A stretch of DNA of 63,968 nt, filler included, from an uncultured Rhodopirellula sp. (lineage in GTDB: Bacteria; Planctomycetota; Planctomycetia; Pirellulales; Pirellulaceae): NCBI GenBank assembly GCA_964007735.1. It is 3 parts of 3 records of this genome, joined end to end, with 100 filler letters (N's around TTAATTAATTAA, not from the genome) between each part and the next. Parts side by side here need not be neighbours in the genome. Positions count along the whole stretch, not along the records: positions 1 to 30,679 come from CAXGAI010000050.1; 2 more parts are not named here. The stretch is one strand, 5' to 3'. Each line of letters starts with the position of its first letter. Position 1 is the stretch's first letter. This document shows positions 11,047 to 21,492 of this stretch, one piece after another. Below the pieces are notes generated by a model. It was not told the origin of the DNA. It searched no databases and saw only the letters and a program-made list of their open reading frames with translations. Both the position numbers and the translations under genes were made by a program.

Positions 11047-14000
11047 GGCAGTACGACCTCGATTAGTTTCAAGGAATGGCTTCCGGTGCTAATGTTACTG
11101 ACGCCGTATAACTTGTTTCCAAACGGGAATATTAATTCAATGTCAAACAACGTAGATTCATTCCCGATTAGCTCCGCTTCCTGCACAATTTTTCCGGTTT
11201 CCGGCTGTACCCATAACAATGAACGCTGATTGCTCAGAGGCACGACACGCGTAGTTGGTTTTTTATCTAAATTGCAGATTAGAATATGGCTGTCCATGAT
11301 TCGTACAGCGCTCGGCTGAGGGCTTCCCGGCTGGAACCACAATGGCGCACCAAACTGAACACTGATAGCCTGCACTCCATTTCGACAGCTGATGATCACT
11401 CGGTCTTCCCAAATGCCAATGAGCTCCTGCACATCAGGCTGTTGGAAGCGCCAAATGGTACCTCCGGTTTTTCGATCCAGACAAACGACGTCCGGTGATC
11501 CTGCAGCATGAACAATGATTCGATCTCCGCTGATCAAAGGTTGAGTCGCATTGATTCGATCATAAAGGTGTTGATCGGCTAGCTTTGGAACCTGGCTAAG
11601 CATCTGGGCCCACATCAGCTCTCCTTCCAAATTCACGCTATAGATAGTGCTGTCGAGCACGAAGACGATGCGATCCTGAGCGAGGACACTACGGGCAGAC
11701 AGGAATAATCCTGGTTTTCGCTGTACAGTCATCAAGGGGATAGAATTGGAAATCGATCCGTTTGTGGAATTAATTTGCTCAAAGATCACTTGCCCAAAGG
11801 TTGTTTGCTGCGGGATTACTTTGAGTACAAAAATAGAGTTTCCGGCCGCAATGGGATCGGCCAATGGGTACCCGTCTACAGGGACCTCCCAAACAATTTC
11901 ACCAGTATTGGCTTTAATACGCCGCCAAGTCAGGCGTTGCTTGCTAAAGGCGGCAGAGAAAAGGTCCGTACCGATGCGAGCGGGCTTGCCCGCATACCCG
12001 AATTCAACAGAAATACCTCGGCCGTCATCTTTGTTTTCCCAAACTACCGTGTTATCTGCAGCGTTAAGACAGCTCATGCCCGTTGGTTGATTAACGATCA
12101 AGCGTGTCCCCAGATCCAGAAAACTAGTTTGACGTATTCGCTGTATACTGCGTGCAGCACCTGGGATCGAAAAGTCTTTTACAGGACTTACGTTTCGTTG
12201 GCCTAAAACCTGAGCTGGTTTTACAGGTGCCCGCTGCTGGGCTCCCCGATAGTCCGCTAATTGCTTTACCAAGGTATTGAATTCTGCCATTGGCACCTGC
12301 CCCCCCTCCAGAATGACGTCGTTCGCGACCTCCTGCTCCGGAGTTTGTCCCGCAAGAGCGACCGCAAGATTGGCTTTCGCAAACCACAGCTCATGATACT
12401 TGCCGGGATAAAGTTCCATGAGTTCCTGATAGCGCTGAGCTGCTGGAAGGAATTGCCCCGAGGATAAACGCTGATCAGCGGTCAGTTGCAATGCTTGCCG
12501 CGCGGCCTCGGTACCTGGAAACTTCTGAGCGATCTCATTGAGCTCATTAAAGTCCTGGTTGTTGATGGCTGTGGTTAAACGAAGTTCAGCCAACTCTGCA
12601 CCTTCGGCGCGCATCTTCGCCGCGAAAGCATCATGATTTGTGAACAGAGATTTTAAAAACGTGGTTCCCGATTGATAGTGCATACCGAATTTATCAACAG
12701 GAAATAACCCAATAACTAAAGGGTTGTTGACTACCATTTTCATGGCATTATCCAGGTCATCGGTCTCTACTGCCTGAAGGAGCTCAAGCATGGAGTTGAC
12801 GGTTTCCCGGTCGGTTTCTACCTGATGAGAGCGCTCTGTTTGAAAGCGGGCGAGATCATTTGGTTTAATCGTTCCTTCTAAATGGTCAGCAGCATCAGCC
12901 CGCAGCCAGCGCGCGGTACGCCATGAGGCGAAGTCCTTGTCAAAGATTTGCGACCCATGCGCAGGAAGAGAAAGGTAATCGATGCGCGTTGCGAAAGAGT
13001 AAAGTTCTTTCCAATGCAGATTATTTCGCAAGTGATATAAGTACAGGCGGGTTAGAAGCTCGGGAGAAACGGGCATGTTATATCGTTGACGACCGCCAGA
13101 ACCGGCATCGATATTAGTCCAATCTTCAATCAATCCGGCAAGCTGTTCAGGCTTGCCTTCAAACCAGAGTCTAGCGGCTAGAATGTCATAGAGCACATGA
13201 ATGTTTACCCAGGAGGCAATTTCTGTGTCTGGACGTCGGAACTGGAGGCGACGAGGAGCCCCTGCTAAAGCCTGACGAACCTTTCGAAAATCCCGATGGT
13301 GCTTGACGGCGTAATGTAAAAGCTTGATTAGCCCTTCCACACGCATATTAGGGGTAGCGCCCAACTGCAATACTTTTGCGTAGCACGCCAGTCGCCACAG
13401 CTCAGGAGAAATTTTAGCAGGACGTTCCAATTGCAGCGAATCGACATAATCCGGCAATCTCATACTGTTTGTCCCGTCGATATCGGCCAGGTTAGGCACA
13501 GAGCCGATTGGAAGATTGAAAGACAGTCTTTCAATCAAATCGTCGTGTTGGATTAGCACTTTGTTGAGAGTAACTGATGTTTGCTCGGTTCCTACGTGAA
13601 TGGTGGGGCCAAAAGAAATCTCTCGCTTGACCGGAGTGGTCGCTGCGAGTGTGAAGGTGTGTCCGGGGATCCAGTGCTTGCCATCAGGACTAAAAGAAAT
13701 AATGAACATGTCCTCGGCGTATTGTGCTCGCCACCAGATTGCACCTTTTCCTCGCATTCCCGCTCGATATTGCGCAGAGGTAAAGGTAAGATCTGTCGGG
13801 TTCATTGAAATCGCATATCCGTCACCCTGTTGTAAAGCGAATAAGCTGTAGAATACGCCGGTTTGAGGATGTTCGAAACGGATGCCTGTCAGGTGTTGAG
13901 CAGACATCAAAGCATAGATGTTCGTCGAACCGGTTAACGGCACTTTTGTAGAAAGGTGTATGGCCGCATCTCCCTGAATTCGGGAAAGAATGACATTTCC

Positions 14001-15707
14001 ATTATCGTCATAATCAAATTTAGTTCCCGTTGCAGGGTTATCGGTCGTTTCGAACCATGACAAATCTCCCGCGGGATTTGCCCTGGCCAGGTCAACAGGC
14101 TCAGCAGGCAGGTCAAGAGGCTCGAAATTATAGGAATTGAGATATCGCAACCGGGACTGCACTTTCATTGTGAGATGAGTAGGAGGCGCATCCATGGGCA
14201 AGGAAGTCATTGGAATATCGCCGCGAGACACAAGGAATTGGTTGTCCTGAAAACGGAAATTGATTGCACCTCGCGTTAGGGCGTACCAGGCCCCATTGTC
14301 ATGGTGGGTAAGATCAACGGCTCTTGTGGCAGGCGTTTCACTTGCCTCCACAATCGGACCGAAGCAGTATCGAGCTGTCAGCCCATCGACAGCATTTTCT
14401 TCGGCACTGCTCCGGAACATGGTGGCGGGAATAATCTGCTTCTCGAGGCCTTCAGTCTCCCATTCCAAAAGAGCCCGGGCCTCCATCCGGTCGCTAAAGA
14501 ATTGCAATTTGAAAGGTAACATTCCTTCATTAAGCGTGACGGAATGTTGTGCTGGTTGGGTTTCGACATCCGCTGGACTCCACCTCTCACCAACAACCGA
14601 GTTATTAATTTCGAGCTGGTATCCGTCATCCATATCCAAGTGGAAAATGTAGTTGCCGGATTTTGGAACGTTTAGAATACCGGACCACTCAATGCTGAAA
14701 TAGTCTTTGTCAATCTGACGGTCGTTGACGACAGGGCCTTCCAGCCCCCAGTCAAAGTTAATGCCGGGGTCAATTCGGGTTTCAACAAAGTGGCGACGCA
14801 TCCGATATCGGTAAGTGTATGGCAAGCTTGCCGTGTATTCGGGTACCGGTAGTGATGTGTACCGTTTCATATTCAGATGGCCGTCGTAGTTGAGTTCCAC
14901 TTCCTGAGTATCGTTTACCGCAGTGACAGTCAGGCTTCGCAAGTCAGAGAACCGTACTCGCAGGCTTCGTCCGTCAGAATGTGGAGGCGGAAGAATGAAA
15001 TTGCCCAATAGCTCATAGTATTCCGTCGTTCCATCTCGCTGGATTGGTTTCAGTGTTCCCGGCTCTTCCGCTGTGGGTTTGATGAAACGATCGGTGGTTG
15101 CGGCCCACGAATGGTCCAGTCGCGCAGCAGGGTCATCGAATGATTGCCATGTAGGAGTCACAGGTTGTTCCGGAAGCATTAATTTGCCAGCAACCGGTAG
15201 CATAGGCGTAGGTAGCGGCGCCTCTTCCTTTTCCGTCGGCGTTTCCCCCTCCGGTTGAATCGCATTTTGATTGTCAGCTGTATGTATCTCGTGACTAGAG
15301 GTCTCGTTGATAGGTTCGTCTATATCAGTCGAATTTTCAGTGACTAGAGTCTCTGGGAGGTCCTTGTTGACGAGCTCACTTTTTTCGGGACCAAAAAAAG
15401 CGAACCAGAAACCAACTGCACCGACAAGCAGGAGAATAGCTATGCCAATAACAAGATTATTAAAGCCTTTCCCGGCATTCCGGGTAGAAGCCAGCTGGTT
15501 TAGCCAGGCGATCAAATCGTCCATGGCAGATTTATCATCGAGATCAACAGGAATAACTTCGAGCTTCTGCGCTTTAATTTCCTGACAGGCAGCCGAAAAC
15601 AATGCGGGTTCTTCCGCTGCTTTTTCAAGCAAATATTCTAATTGCTCCTCGGAAAGTGGATCTCCCAGACGCTGCTGGATTAAATCGATGTGTTCGCTGG
15701 CTTGCAT
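11043..15707 (-). CDS. Large bitopic membrane protein with PA14 domain, helical/TPR-like region and C-terminal PQQ-like beta-propeller
   Basis: One TM at about aa 85-105; PA14 'RIDPGINFDWG...FSIEWSG...DMDDG'; propeller repeats 'CLDRKTGGTIW', 'NTGEIVWE'. Confidence 0.75.
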   Translation of the reverse strand: MQASEHIDLIQQRLGDPLSEEQLEYLLEKAAEEPALFSAACQEIKAQKLEVIPVDLDDKSAMDDLIAWLNQLASTRNAGKGFNNLVIGIAILLLVGAVGFWFAFFGPEKSELVNKDLPETLVTENSTDIDEPINETSSHEIHTADNQNAIQPEGETPTEKEEAPLPTPMLPVAGKLMLPEQPVTPTWQSFDDPAARLDHSWAATTDRFIKPTAEEPGTLKPIQRDGTTEYYELLGNFILPPPHSDGRSLRVRFSDLRSLTVTAVNDTQEVELNYDGHLNMKRYTSLPVPEYTASLPYTYRYRMRRHFVETRIDPGINFDWGLEGPVVNDRQIDKDYFSIEWSGILNVPKSGNYIFHLDMDDGYQLEINNSVVGERWSPADVETQPAQHSVTLNEGMLPFKLQFFSDRMEARALLEWETEGLEKQIIPATMFRSSAEENAVDGLTARYCFGPIVEASETPATRAVDLTHHDNGAWYALTRGAINFRFQDNQFLVSRGDIPMTSLPMDAPPTHLTMKVQSRLRYLNSYNFEPLDLPAEPVDLARANPAGDLSWFETTDNPATGTKFDYDDNGNVILSRIQGDAAIHLSTKVPLTGSTNIYALMSAQHLTGIRFEHPQTGVFYSLFALQQGDGYAISMNPTDLTFTSAQYRAGMRGKGAIWWRAQYAEDMFIISFSPDGKHWIPGHTFTLAATTPVKREISFGPTIHVGTEQTSVTLNKVLIQHDDLIERLSFNLPIGSVPNLADIDGTNSMRLPDYVDSLQLERPAKISPELWRLACYAKVLQLGATPNMRVEGLIKLLHYAVKHHRDFRKVRQALAGAPRRLQFRRPDTEIASWVNIHVLYDILAARLWFEGKPEQLAGLIEDWTNIDAGSGGRQRYNMPVSPELLTRLYLYHLRNNLHWKELYSFATRIDYLSLPAHGSQIFDKDFASWRTARWLRADAADHLEGTIKPNDLARFQTERSHQVETDRETVNSMLELLQAVETDDLDNAMKMVVNNPLVIGLFPVDKFGMHYQSGTTFLKSLFTNHDAFAAKMRAEGAELAELRLTTAINNQDFNELNEIAQKFPGTEAARQALQLTADQRLSSGQFLPAAQRYQELMELYPGKYHELWFAKANLAVALAGQTPEQEVANDVILEGGQVPMAEFNTLVKQLADYRGAQQRAPVKPAQVLGQRNVSPVKDFSIPGAARSIQRIRQTSFLDLGTRLIVNQPTGMSCLNAADNTVVWENKDDGRGISVEFGYAGKPARIGTDLFSAAFSKQRLTWRRIKANTGEIVWEVPVDGYPLADPIAAGNSIFVLKVIPQQTTFGQVIFEQINSTNGSISNSIPLMTVQRKPGLFLSARSVLAQDRIVFVLDSTIYSVNLEGELMWAQMLSQVPKLADQHLYDRINATQPLISGDRIIVHAAGSPDVVCLDRKTGGTIWRFQQPDVQELIGIWEDRVIISCRNGVQAISVQFGAPLWFQPGSPQPSAVRIMDSHILICNLDKKPTTRVVPLSNQRSLLWVQPETGKIVQEAELIGNESTLFDIELIFPFGNKLYGVSNISTGSHSLKLIEVVLP

Positions 15708-15864
15708 TGATGGTTTAGTACATGGAGTTTCTGAAGGCGGCTAGATTTACCATTAGTTTAAATTATTCTTAAATTGAATTCACATCTGTTGGTATAAATC
15801 GAGTTGAATAGGGAATATATACAGAACAAAAATAACAGATGTTCATAAAAAGGTACCTGGAGTA

Positions 15865-17445
15865 ATGAGCCGAATAGTGTTGTCAACGGTTTTAGTAAGT
15901 TTGCTTGTGGCGCCATCGGTTGATGCACAGCAGATGGCGAGAGGGCGTGTCTACCACGATACAAACTTTAATCAGGTTTGGGATACTGGAGAAAAGGGCC
16001 TGGCTGGAATTAGCGTGTCCAACGGTGAGGACATTGTTCGTACATCAAAAGATGGATCGTATGAGCTATCAGTTTCGGACGATGCGATTTTGTTTGTCAT
16101 TAAACCGGCCGGGTGGATGACACCGCTCAGTGAAACGAACCTGCCTCGGTTCTACTATATTCACAAGCCAAAGGGCTCTCCACAGGGAACAAGATTTCCC
16201 GGGGTTGAGCCTACGGGCGATTTGCCAGCCAGCATAGACTTCCCGTTGTATCCGGTGAATGAACCGGAACGGTTTAAGGCCATTATGTTTGCAGACCCTC
16301 AGCCCAGGAACCAGCAGGAAGTTGATTATCTGATTCAGGATGTGTTAGAAGAACTGATTGGTACGGATGCGTCGTTTGGAGTTACGTTAGGTGACATCAT
16401 GTTTGACGATCTTAGTTTGTTTGAGTCACAAAATCAGGGGATCGCCTTGGTCGGCATCCCTTGGTACAACGTGATCGGTAATCATGACGTGAATCGGGAA
16501 GCCAAAGTAGACGAAGAAAGCGATGAAACCTTTGAGCGCGTCTTCGGCCCCGCTTATTACTCTTTTGAATATGGCAAGGCCCATTTCGTGGTCATGGACA
16601 ACGTGGAGTGGTATTACAACGGTGAAACAAAGAAGCATGGCTACCGCGGGGCTATTAGCAAAGCTCAGATGAAGTTCCTGGAGAATGATCTTAAGCTTGT
16701 GCCCGCTGACAAGCTTGTGGTTCTCATGATGCATATACCGATTACAAAAATGGAACAACGCGGTACGATCTTTAAATTACTTAAAGATCGACCCTTTACG
16801 ATGAGTGTTTCCGGTCATCAGCATTATCAGCAACATCTTTACCTTGGTAAGGAAGATGGCTGGGAGGGTGAAAAGCCTCATCACCACGTGATTAATGTCA
16901 CAGCAAGTGGAAGCTGGTGGAAAGGAATCAAAAAGTTCGGGAATACTCCGCACGCGTATTCTCGCGATGGAGTGCCAAATGGATATTCAATCGTGACGTT
17001 TGATGGCAACCAGTATTCGTTTCAATACCAAGCAGCCAATCGGCCAGCGGATTATCAGATGCAGATTTCCGCACCGGTGGAAATTGGAAGTCAGCAAGAA
17101 CAGGCATACGCATATGCCAACGTCTTTTCAGGTTCCGTAAAATCAGAAGTCACAGCGGTCATTCGAAATCGTAAAGGCAAGGCAGTTAAGCTTGAAATGG
17201 TACCAGCCCATTCGGAAGTCGATCCTGACTATAAGCGTCTTTATGATCAGGAGCGGTCGCTGATCCAGAAGCTCGACGGCAAAATTGATTGGATGGAGAT
17301 GTCAGCTCCGGCGGCAGCGGGTCATTTATGGAAAGCTCAATTGCCAAAAGACCTGTCGTCAGGGATGTATTCGATTGAAGTACAGGCTATACAGCCCAAT
17401 GGAGCCATCTATAAGGGCTTACGTCCAATTCGGGTCGCGAATTAA
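15865..17445 (+). CDS. Secreted calcineurin-like metallophosphoesterase
   Basis: Signal peptide; motifs 'ADPQ', 'LGD', 'GNHD', 'MHIP', 'SGHQH'; N-terminal 'GRVYHDTN...GE.GL.G..VSNG' accessory domain. Confidence 0.9.
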   Translation: MSRIVLSTVLVSLLVAPSVDAQQMARGRVYHDTNFNQVWDTGEKGLAGISVSNGEDIVRTSKDGSYELSVSDDAILFVIKPAGWMTPLSETNLPRFYYIHKPKGSPQGTRFPGVEPTGDLPASIDFPLYPVNEPERFKAIMFADPQPRNQQEVDYLIQDVLEELIGTDASFGVTLGDIMFDDLSLFESQNQGIALVGIPWYNVIGNHDVNREAKVDEESDETFERVFGPAYYSFEYGKAHFVVMDNVEWYYNGETKKHGYRGAISKAQMKFLENDLKLVPADKLVVLMMHIPITKMEQRGTIFKLLKDRPFTMSVSGHQHYQQHLYLGKEDGWEGEKPHHHVINVTASGSWWKGIKKFGNTPHAYSRDGVPNGYSIVTFDGNQYSFQYQAANRPADYQMQISAPVEIGSQQEQAYAYANVFSGSVKSEVTAVIRNRKGKAVKLEMVPAHSEVDPDYKRLYDQERSLIQKLDGKIDWMEMSAPAAAGHLWKAQLPKDLSSGMYSIEVQAIQPNGAIYKGLRPIRVAN

Positions 17446-17481
17446 GTACAGCCGAGGATCACGCTGAAAGCAAAGTAAGGC

Positions 17482-18171
17482 TTAGACGTTGATTTCCGCC
17501 AGAACTTCAGCGGTCGAGCGTATACGAGCGAATTTATTTTCCCATATTTGAAGACAGGCGTCATGAATATGGTCATGAATGGTGGCCATAGCATCACTGA
17601 CGGCCGTGACTCGATAATTTCTTGTTGATCCGGAAACAATCGTGCTGTTCACACAGCAGTCGGTTGTGACCCCAGTGATAATGAATCGATCGATATCGAG
17701 GCTTCGCAATGCTAAATCCAGATGTGTGCCATAGAATTTGTCGTACGTGTGTCCTTGCACAACAAGCTCATCATCTAATGGCTTTAACGCTTCGATCGTG
17801 GCGGCCGATTCGACACCTTTGCCAGCCTCAAGACCAATTTTGCAGTTGTTAGACGGATAGCCAAATCCAGTGGGAGCTCCTGCACCAGCCGCCAGATGTT
17901 CGGGACCAAAAGGATTGCCTCTCAGGCACGGGATTGTGTCCGCATAAACAAACTCGGTAAAAATAACAGGCATCTTGGCATCTCGAAATGCAGCAACCAG
18001 GGACTGGATATTCGGTGTGATATCTCGGGCTTTCGGTATTTCAAGTGACGCACCTTTGTCTACAAATCCATGTTGCATATCGACGACTAGCAAGGCCGTC
18101 TTTTGGGGAATGACTTTATGCGATTGGTGGATCCGATCTAGTTTTGCTTGAATGAATTCTTCCACGCTCAT
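17482..18171 (-). CDS. Isochorismatase-family cysteine hydrolase
   Basis: 'ALLVVDMQHGF', 'GVTTDCCVNST', 'VSDA'. Confidence 0.85.
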   Translation of the reverse strand: MSVEEFIQAKLDRIHQSHKVIPQKTALLVVDMQHGFVDKGASLEIPKARDITPNIQSLVAAFRDAKMPVIFTEFVYADTIPCLRGNPFGPEHLAAGAGAPTGFGYPSNNCKIGLEAGKGVESAATIEALKPLDDELVVQGHTYDKFYGTHLDLALRSLDIDRFIITGVTTDCCVNSTIVSGSTRNYRVTAVSDAMATIHDHIHDACLQIWENKFARIRSTAEVLAEINV

Positions 18172-19040
18172 TATGGTTTTACCGCCTCGTAATCAACACT
18201 CGCTTCACCCTTGAGCCAACCCAGTTTTTCCAAGAACTGATCCATCTTAGTGACCGTATCGACAAAATTGTCTTTCTTGTTGTAATTGAAGAAGCCGTGA
18301 GGTTCGTCTTTGTAGAAATGATGTACGCAGGTAGCCTTGACCTGATCCATCAGCATCTGAAACTTTTTCGCTGTGCTTACAGGAATGAGTGTATCTTTGG
18401 TCCCTAAAAAGACGATGGTCGGCGGTGCACCCTTTTCAATATTATGAATAGGCGAGATCGCTTGGTAGTAATCTTTGACTCGATCGTAACCGTAACCATC
18501 CGGACCATTGTCATATACAGGGTTAAATAACAGCAAAGCATTTGGTTTACTGCTGATGTTCAAATCCTCGCCCTTTTCTTCCATGCCTTGGATGATACCT
18601 GTTGTACTTGCGACATGACCCCCGGCTGATCCGCCTCCCGCGGCAATTCGATCCGGGTCAATTCCAAGTTTGGCTGCATTCGTACGTAGCCAGCGGACGG
18701 CAGACTTTCCGTCTTTGACACATTCTCGAGGTGAAGTTCCCTGCCGTGACTTGACTCGATAGTCAGCAGTCACTGCCACCATGCCACGACTAGCCAGATA
18801 ACGACAATGAGGCACAAACTGAGTTGGCGACCCGCCGTTCCACCCACCACCAAAGAAGAAGACTGCCGCTGGACGGGAATCTGTCGGCTTATGCCCAACG
18901 GGATTAAAAACATGGAGCGATAAGGTTGTGTCACCGACAGTTTTATATTCATACGCATTTGCATCGGGGTACCCTTCTGCAGCCGGAGCGAGACTAGAAA
19001 CAAAAAAGAGCAAAGTCAAAGATGCGTAAAGGCTGCGCAT
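18171..19040 (-). CDS. Secreted alpha/beta hydrolase (esterase/lipase, HSL-like)
   Basis: Signal peptide; 'FFGGGW' oxyanion loop, 'GGSAGG' nucleophile elbow, 'GTKD', 'HGF'. Confidence 0.9.
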   Translation of the reverse strand: MRSLYASLTLLFFVSSLAPAAEGYPDANAYEYKTVGDTTLSLHVFNPVGHKPTDSRPAAVFFFGGGWNGGSPTQFVPHCRYLASRGMVAVTADYRVKSRQGTSPRECVKDGKSAVRWLRTNAAKLGIDPDRIAAGGGSAGGHVASTTGIIQGMEEKGEDLNISSKPNALLLFNPVYDNGPDGYGYDRVKDYYQAISPIHNIEKGAPPTIVFLGTKDTLIPVSTAKKFQMLMDQVKATCVHHFYKDEPHGFFNYNKKDNFVDTVTKMDQFLEKLGWLKGEASVDYEAVKP

Positions 19041-19081
19041 GTCGAGCGATTCTTTCAGAGGAACTTGGTGAGGGAAAGTGA

Positions 19082-20461
19082 TTAACCTAAGCCGGCGATG
19101 GGTTCAGCCCCGGTGATAACTTTCAACGCTTCACTGGGAACGTCCACGCGAAGACGAAGCTGTGGAATGTCCAGCAACGTGTCCAGGCAAGTGGCAATAA
19201 GATTCGGAGTTCGAACGGGTGTCGTAGCAGGAGTGCCACCATCTTTGGCTGATTGACCAATGATATGTCCACGAGGAATGCCCGTTCCGTAGAGCAGCAA
19301 TGGCGTTAACCCGCCCCAGTGATCCCGGCCAGCTCGGGCATTAATGTTTGGTGTTCGACCCATTTCTCCGGTGGCAACTAAAAGAATGTCATCCTGCAGG
19401 CCACGAGCTTCGACATCTTCAATAAATGCGGCCACCGCATGATCAAATGGGCTGCCTACGTAATCCATACCACGAACCATTCCTAGATTGTTTTGGTCTG
19501 CGTGCATATCCCATACGAAAGAGGTTGTAATGGTGATAAAGCCGCAGCCCCGCTCGGCTAACCGTCGTGCTAAGAGCATCAGCTTACCAAGCGAATTCGA
19601 ATTTGCTTTATAGTGGTTTTTGTTGTTTTTGTCTTTCCACTCATCAAAGCGAGTCAGGTGGCCGGTATCATAGCGATCAATCGTTTTTTGATCTTCATGT
19701 GAAAGATCAAAAGCATCAGACACACCACCCATTACGACATCAAATGCCTGTGATTGGAATTTATCCAAACCTTCCAGAGAGCCATCAGCATCTACCTGTC
19801 GCTTAATCTTATCCAGATTTCGTAACAGGGCTTTGCGATCATCAAGGCGCAAGCGATCGATATGAAGCTTCAGGTCCTCCTGAAAATTACCACCGGTGCC
19901 AGGCACAAAGGGCTCAAAGCCTTTACTAAACGGCCCTGCGTCGGCAAACCGCCCGAAGGTATTAAATGGACCAGGCTCGTCCTCGACGACCGCATTGGGG
20001 AACGCGGCGACATTTAACGGCATCCCGTTCTTCGGATTGTTAGTGCCGATGATTCTAGAGAGATAGCTTCCAATATTCGCCCCAAAAGTATCTGGTGAAA
20101 CGACCGGCTGAATCTTGTGGGCGCTAGAGCCTGTTTGATAAGACCGAACGATGGTGAACTTGTCAGCGTGCTTAGCAAGCTGATTCATCGTTCCCCCGAA
20201 TTCGGTACCCGGGACATTCGTCGACATCGCTCCAGTCATACTACGGATACTTCCCGGAGCAGACATCTTGGGATCGAAGGTCTCAAATTGACTGGGACCA
20301 CCATGTTGGAACAGGAAGATTACGGTTTTGCCGGAAAATAAACGCCAGGGATCGTCCTCTCCCGATGCGGCCATTAATTGCGATAGCCCAAGACTTGATA
20401 GCCCACAGGCTCCAACCTGTAAGAAAGATCGTCTGGATAGATTATCTTGAAATGACAGCAT
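19082..20461 (-). CDS. DUF1501 family protein (planctomycete-abundant, Tat-like leader)
   Basis: 'SRRSFLQVG', 'GGPSQFETFDPK', 'WDMH', 'GEMGRTP', 'GRDHW'. Confidence 0.9.
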   Translation of the reverse strand: MLSFQDNLSRRSFLQVGACGLSSLGLSQLMAASGEDDPWRLFSGKTVIFLFQHGGPSQFETFDPKMSAPGSIRSMTGAMSTNVPGTEFGGTMNQLAKHADKFTIVRSYQTGSSAHKIQPVVSPDTFGANIGSYLSRIIGTNNPKNGMPLNVAAFPNAVVEDEPGPFNTFGRFADAGPFSKGFEPFVPGTGGNFQEDLKLHIDRLRLDDRKALLRNLDKIKRQVDADGSLEGLDKFQSQAFDVVMGGVSDAFDLSHEDQKTIDRYDTGHLTRFDEWKDKNNKNHYKANSNSLGKLMLLARRLAERGCGFITITTSFVWDMHADQNNLGMVRGMDYVGSPFDHAVAAFIEDVEARGLQDDILLVATGEMGRTPNINARAGRDHWGGLTPLLLYGTGIPRGHIIGQSAKDGGTPATTPVRTPNLIATCLDTLLDIPQLRLRVDVPSEALKVITGAEPIAGLG

Positions 20462-20493
20462 GGCTATACTCCGGTTTTAACGAGAACTACCTA

Positions 20494-21492
20494 TTATTTG
20501 TAGTCGGATGGTTTCAGCCCTTTTCTGAAACCCCCAAAACCAAATTTGGTCGGTTTGTATTCTCCAATAATACTTACGTCCAAGTCAGCGGTAATTTTGT
20601 CTTCCATGCCAAGCCCCCAGAACATCGAGTTTACCATCATGCGTCGCGTGCCTTCTGAAATCAGATCGGTGGCTGCCCCCATTGTGGTGTTGAACACCTT
20701 GGAAACCTTACCAGATTCGCCTTTGTAAGTTTTCACCCAGGCAACAGGCATCATGGGCTCGTTCTTTTTGCCTTCAACAGGCTTCGCGTCGGGCGTCATT
20801 CCATCAAGGACAGCCCCTAGCAGAATAGGATCCGAATCGCCTTCGAGTTCAGTTACACCGTAAACGTCAGTGTCGCCCCAGATTCCTTTGCACCCAACTA
20901 GAATAGGGTGGCCTTCTTTACCTTGAACAGGAACTCCTCCGGTGCTTTCACGACCGTGGTGACCATGATGGTTGATCCAGGTTTCACCAAGAACCTGACG
21001 TCCCCACCCTTTTTTGTAGTCGCCATTGTTATTGAACGTGTATTTGTGGTACTTGCTGTCCTGACGAATGTTGAAAGCGTGGGTGGATGTTCGCATTCCG
21101 ATGATGGGCTTTCCCGAGTTTGTGTAATCTACGATATGTTTCATTTGGTCATCTGGTAGATTGCGGAATCGCAATAAGAAGACGGCAAGATCGGCATCCT
21201 CCAGTGCTTCAAGGCCAGGAATGTTAGTTTGATGGCTTGGGGTAATCTCGCCCGTATTTGGGTCAATCGCAAATAGCACAGTGCATTTGAAACCGTGATG
21301 TTCAGCCATGATCTTCGCGAGCAGTGGCAGCGCTTCTTCGCTGCGGTATTCGTCATCTCCACTGACAAAAACAATATGCTTGCCTTTTCCTGGGCCATCT
21401 TTGCCTTCAATAGTAATCCACTGATCGTCAGCCTGAACGGTTAACGCTGTGCTGAATGCTAGAAACAGGCTCAACAAAATAGCTTTTCGCAT
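20494..21492 (-). CDS. Secreted ThuA-like (class I GATase-like fold) protein
   Basis: Signal peptide; 'HIVFVSGDDEYRSEE', 'GMRTSTHAF', 'VFNTTMGA'. Confidence 0.75.
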   Translation of the reverse strand: MRKAILLSLFLAFSTALTVQADDQWITIEGKDGPGKGKHIVFVSGDDEYRSEEALPLLAKIMAEHHGFKCTVLFAIDPNTGEITPSHQTNIPGLEALEDADLAVFLLRFRNLPDDQMKHIVDYTNSGKPIIGMRTSTHAFNIRQDSKYHKYTFNNNGDYKKGWGRQVLGETWINHHGHHGRESTGGVPVQGKEGHPILVGCKGIWGDTDVYGVTELEGDSDPILLGAVLDGMTPDAKPVEGKKNEPMMPVAWVKTYKGESGKVSKVFNTTMGAATDLISEGTRRMMVNSMFWGLGMEDKITADLDVSIIGEYKPTKFGFGGFRKGLKPSDYK

